NCBI RefSeq assembly: GCF_031769215.1
Contig: NW_026782300.1
Location: 372,001 to 436,000 of the forward strand
Direction: 5' to 3'
Length of the DNA stretch: 64,000 nt
From: Ylistrum balloti
Lineage: Eukaryota
How positions within the stretch are numbered: the first letter of the stretch is position 1; each line of letters opens with the position of its first letter. Below the pieces are notes generated by a model that searched no databases, was not told the origin of the DNA, and was given only the letters and a program-made list of their open reading frames with translations. This document shows, piece by piece, positions 60,421-64,000 of the stretch. Both the position numbers and the translations under genes were made by a program.

Positions 60421-63400
60421 GGGTAACTGCAGCTGAACTTAACGTCCCTCTGCATTTGTCATTGATCCAAGCAGTATCAAAAGTATTGCGATTACCTGAT
60501 AGTACAACCTGAACGTATCCCCACGGCGACCCGTGATCTTTTTTTCCACTTCACCAATAAACAAATGACCAAATAGACAGTGTTCTTATTCAATATCCAT
60601 CGTCATTTGCTGTAAAATCATAATTTCATGATTTAAAAAACAAAACTTGATTTCGTGGATAAGTATAGCTCAATAAATCAGCTTATACTTATCTTAATGG
60701 TGAATTGACATTATATCGTGGAATAAGAATACCGTCGAAATAACGAAAACATATGCCAAAGAAAATCAATGGTTTTACAGTATTCCATTTTGGTATCTGT
60801 TGATCGCCATACCTTGGGGAAGCAGAGTTGTTACTATCTAAAAACGCAAAAATCGCAAACGGGAATTCGACATTACATTTATGATACAGCTTGGTGGGGA
60901 GCTGTCCCTATTGGTTTCGTTGTTAGAAAGTAAAAAAGAAAGTGACTAACGTTAAAGAAATATACGATGGACATAGTCAATATTTTTTAAATTCAAAGAC
61001 ATCACCAGTATATAGGTGAAATTGAAGAATTTGATTTGATTGATAAGCTCTCCGATGAAATCGACTTTGTATTAGAGCAAAACCATTAGCCAGGAGACGG
61101 GAAGTTTGTTCTTATAACAAATCCACCTGTATAAACTTAATGAACCTAACGTTTATAAGATCACACGTCGATAAGGTTACATTATGACGTCAGAATTAGA
61201 TAATGATACAATTTGTATACATAAACAAATAATCACAACTAATAATATTTAAACACAAACAAACATACTTTCATCACTCACGCAATGTTTTCAACCACGT
61301 GTGCAGCAAAAAAGTCATTTAAAAGAGCATCTAGGTTAAGATATTTTCTAACGAAGAAGTGGATGTACAAAAGTGAATATAAAACAGGAACGCACCATCA
61401 TATACATAAACAATAATGCAATACAATGCATTACAGGTACGAAGAAGATTTCTACAGCAACTTCTATTTCAAGTTAAATATTAATTTAGATTAATACATT
61501 TTATGAAAAGAATAATTGTATAAAGCGGAAAATGTCATTAAATGACCAATCACATCATGGAATTAGAAGCCAATACATTGCTATTTATTGTGTATCCACA
61601 AATTGGCTAGTTGCCAAACTTGACTTCCCGAGTTGGCTTCTAATGGTATTATTACTCAGTATAAAAATCGACGTTTCAATGCCTCGAGTCACCTGGACTA
61701 AGAATAGGTCAGAATATACTGACCAATTACGTTTACCGTGAAATGACACGTTGATTAAGACAGTTTGGAAGAGGTGAAGGGTCAGAAGAGTCTGTAGTAT
61801 AGAGACATCAATTATCAGCCTTATAGTACATACTATGTCTACCTAACAGGCAGAAGAAAGGCGAATCTTAATTCATGTATGATAGGATCAGGTGATCTGG
61901 GCTAAAAGTCTGAGTATTCAATGCTTTAATGCCCTAAATCTGGCTTGTTATTCCTTTAACTGTTACACAGACGATGCCATTACTGAAATTACCGTTAACA
62001 CTTACAGACATTTAAAATGGAACAAAAAGCCCCAAACTACGTCACTACGTCTACCTGTATACAGGTGAAAGACAGGTGATTTGTAATCAAGTTCGTACCT
62101 TACCAGGTATATATATGCATGTGTAAACAACATTTTTCTTCACCCCATTGAAAACAAAACAAACTTCGACCAGTATACATTTCTAAAATCAATACTTGGG
62201 ACTACCCAATCCACACCGCTGATAAACTATCCATTACGCATACCATGGAAAATCAGGCAGTTCTACATGCTTTTGTTGTCGATTTTACGGGGTGAAATGT
62301 TCATCAAGAAGTACATAACCATTTGTATGTATAAGTGAATATCTATTGCGCTTAACAAGTGAAATTATCCATTTAGCATTTTGAATAACAACAGAGTACC
62401 ACGTGTTTCTATTAGCAAGTATTGATGTGGCACATGCAGTGTCAATAATGCAATAGATCAGCACAAAACTCCATGTGACCTGTTAGATATTCTGGATCTT
62501 ATCGTTCTGTGATTACACCTACATTAATGGAGATCTATGTATGTATTGTACAACGAAACTCTATGACTATGACCAGGGGTGATTCGTTCTATAACAGGTA
62601 AGTCTTGTATATTGCATTTAATATATAGAACCTTTCGCAAAGTATATTTGTAATACGTAGAATAATATTGGTATATTATTTCTATTTTTCTCCATATCTG
62701 TTGATGATTTTTCATCAGCATTTTTTAATCACAAAATATTCTGTATCGAAACCATTGCAATGTAAAATTTAGTTGTTATTTGTGTAATAATAGTAGTGTT
62801 GATTTTGATAACGGTTGACTGGCTGTGTGATGTATTTATTATCATTGATGTCTACCTAGTATGAGATAAAACGTCAATACAGTGACTTACTCAGGGGAAT
62901 TAAGCTGGAAATGGATGTCGTAAACAGTATGAACATATATGACATAGTTAAGGTTTGAATACTTGTTTAGCTCCATTGAAATTATAACAGAAACCAACAT
63001 GAAGGTAATGCGCTTGCGGTTTAGAATACTGAAGAAATAATCAAGCTCCCTCATAGTCTCTCTTGTTCATGCAAATTTCAAATAAGTGAGACTTTCTTTC
63101 TGCTGAAGAACATTTCATATATTGAAGAAGGTTGACAATGGTCTAATATGGAGAACTTCATTACTTAAAGTTACTTTGCCATGATCTCGTTTGGAAATAC
63201 TCACTGGTATGCCTGATGGTTATGGTGTTATGCGTTTAGTTTTTATAGTAGGATCTTATATGACCTAGTTGGATTGACCAATCTTTAAAATTTCATTTTC
63301 CGTGGAAGAAGCATTTTTTGTCATATAGTTATGGTTTTAATTTGCTTTTAATGTTTCCTGAAGTTCAATATAGCCCGTTAATTTTTCTTTTCTGTAGTTT

Positions 63401-64000
63401 TCGTTCCATCAATTAGTTTGAATTAAGATTATGACTTTTGTGAACTTGTCAGTATTGTTTTAATGCCATCATGACTAGTATGTTAGCTGTGTGTTACTTC
63501 TGTTTTATGACCATATTCTAAAGAGATTCGTTTTTCTATTCAATTTTATGTTTTTGATCGTCTATGACAACAAATGCAAAAATGTTCAAATCACCAAATG
63601 ATTTGAACATCGTTCAAAATTATATTATTTAAGGAGGATAAAAGCAAATCTATTCGATGCTCTACCGAACCATAAAATTAAGAAAGGACCACTTTTTCCG
63701 ATAATATACAGTTCAGTTACTCATAGCAAAAGAATACGTGCAGTAATTTATATTGAACCATCACGGAACATAAGCAATTTAAAATAGCTTTTTAATTCGG
63801 CCAAGCCAAAGTCGTGATTAAAATTTGAAGCATCTTTATACGACAACTTTGACATTTTAAAACTAAGTCTAGTCTAGTTCAATAATGCAGTTAAGGTGTA
63901 TCCGGATGTTCCATTGAGATGTAATTTAGACTTTCGCTTTTCAACATATTTTTTCTTTACAGTCGGTCCGGAAAGAACTTTGTCTTTTTTACCTGGATTA

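Noticed and set aside
60658-60693. 36-nt near-perfect hairpin GATAAGTATAGCT..AGCTTATACTTATC
   Set aside because: It is too short and AT-rich for a pre-miRNA, is not followed by a Helitron-type end, and is an isolated occurrence.
60780-63560. Possible LINE or other retroelement fragments
   Set aside because: The protein-like stretches are short and interrupted, and no diagnostic RT or endonuclease motif was found.

Overview
AT-rich eukaryotic genomic DNA. The repeat families suggest a bivalve mollusc, probably an oyster; this is inference. Three spliced genes can be rebuilt by hand with GT-AG junctions and consistent intron phases. TMEM243 (+) has 4 coding exons and 117 aa (4513-8637). DMTF1, the cyclin D-binding Myb-like factor (-), has 16 coding exons and 781 aa (25509-15423). 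SUCLG2, the GDP-forming succinyl-CoA ligase beta subunit (+), has 11 exons and 431 aa (27228-38253). TMEM243 and DMTF1 are tail-to-tail, as in human. DMTF1 and SUCLG2 are head-to-head around a short CpG-rich promoter. The rest is repeat-rich: Helitron/Helentron-type non-autonomous elements, a deleted Tc1/mariner-IS630 element, Gypsy and Penelope-like relics, and many minisatellites. Two observations stand out. First, two ~47-bp minisatellites are built from exon/intron junctions (the SUCLG2 exon 6 acceptor and a DMTF1 donor). Second, three diverged copies of a repeat carry a minimal hammerhead ribozyme, two of them next to the Penelope-like RT relic. All coordinates were counted by hand and no database searches were run.
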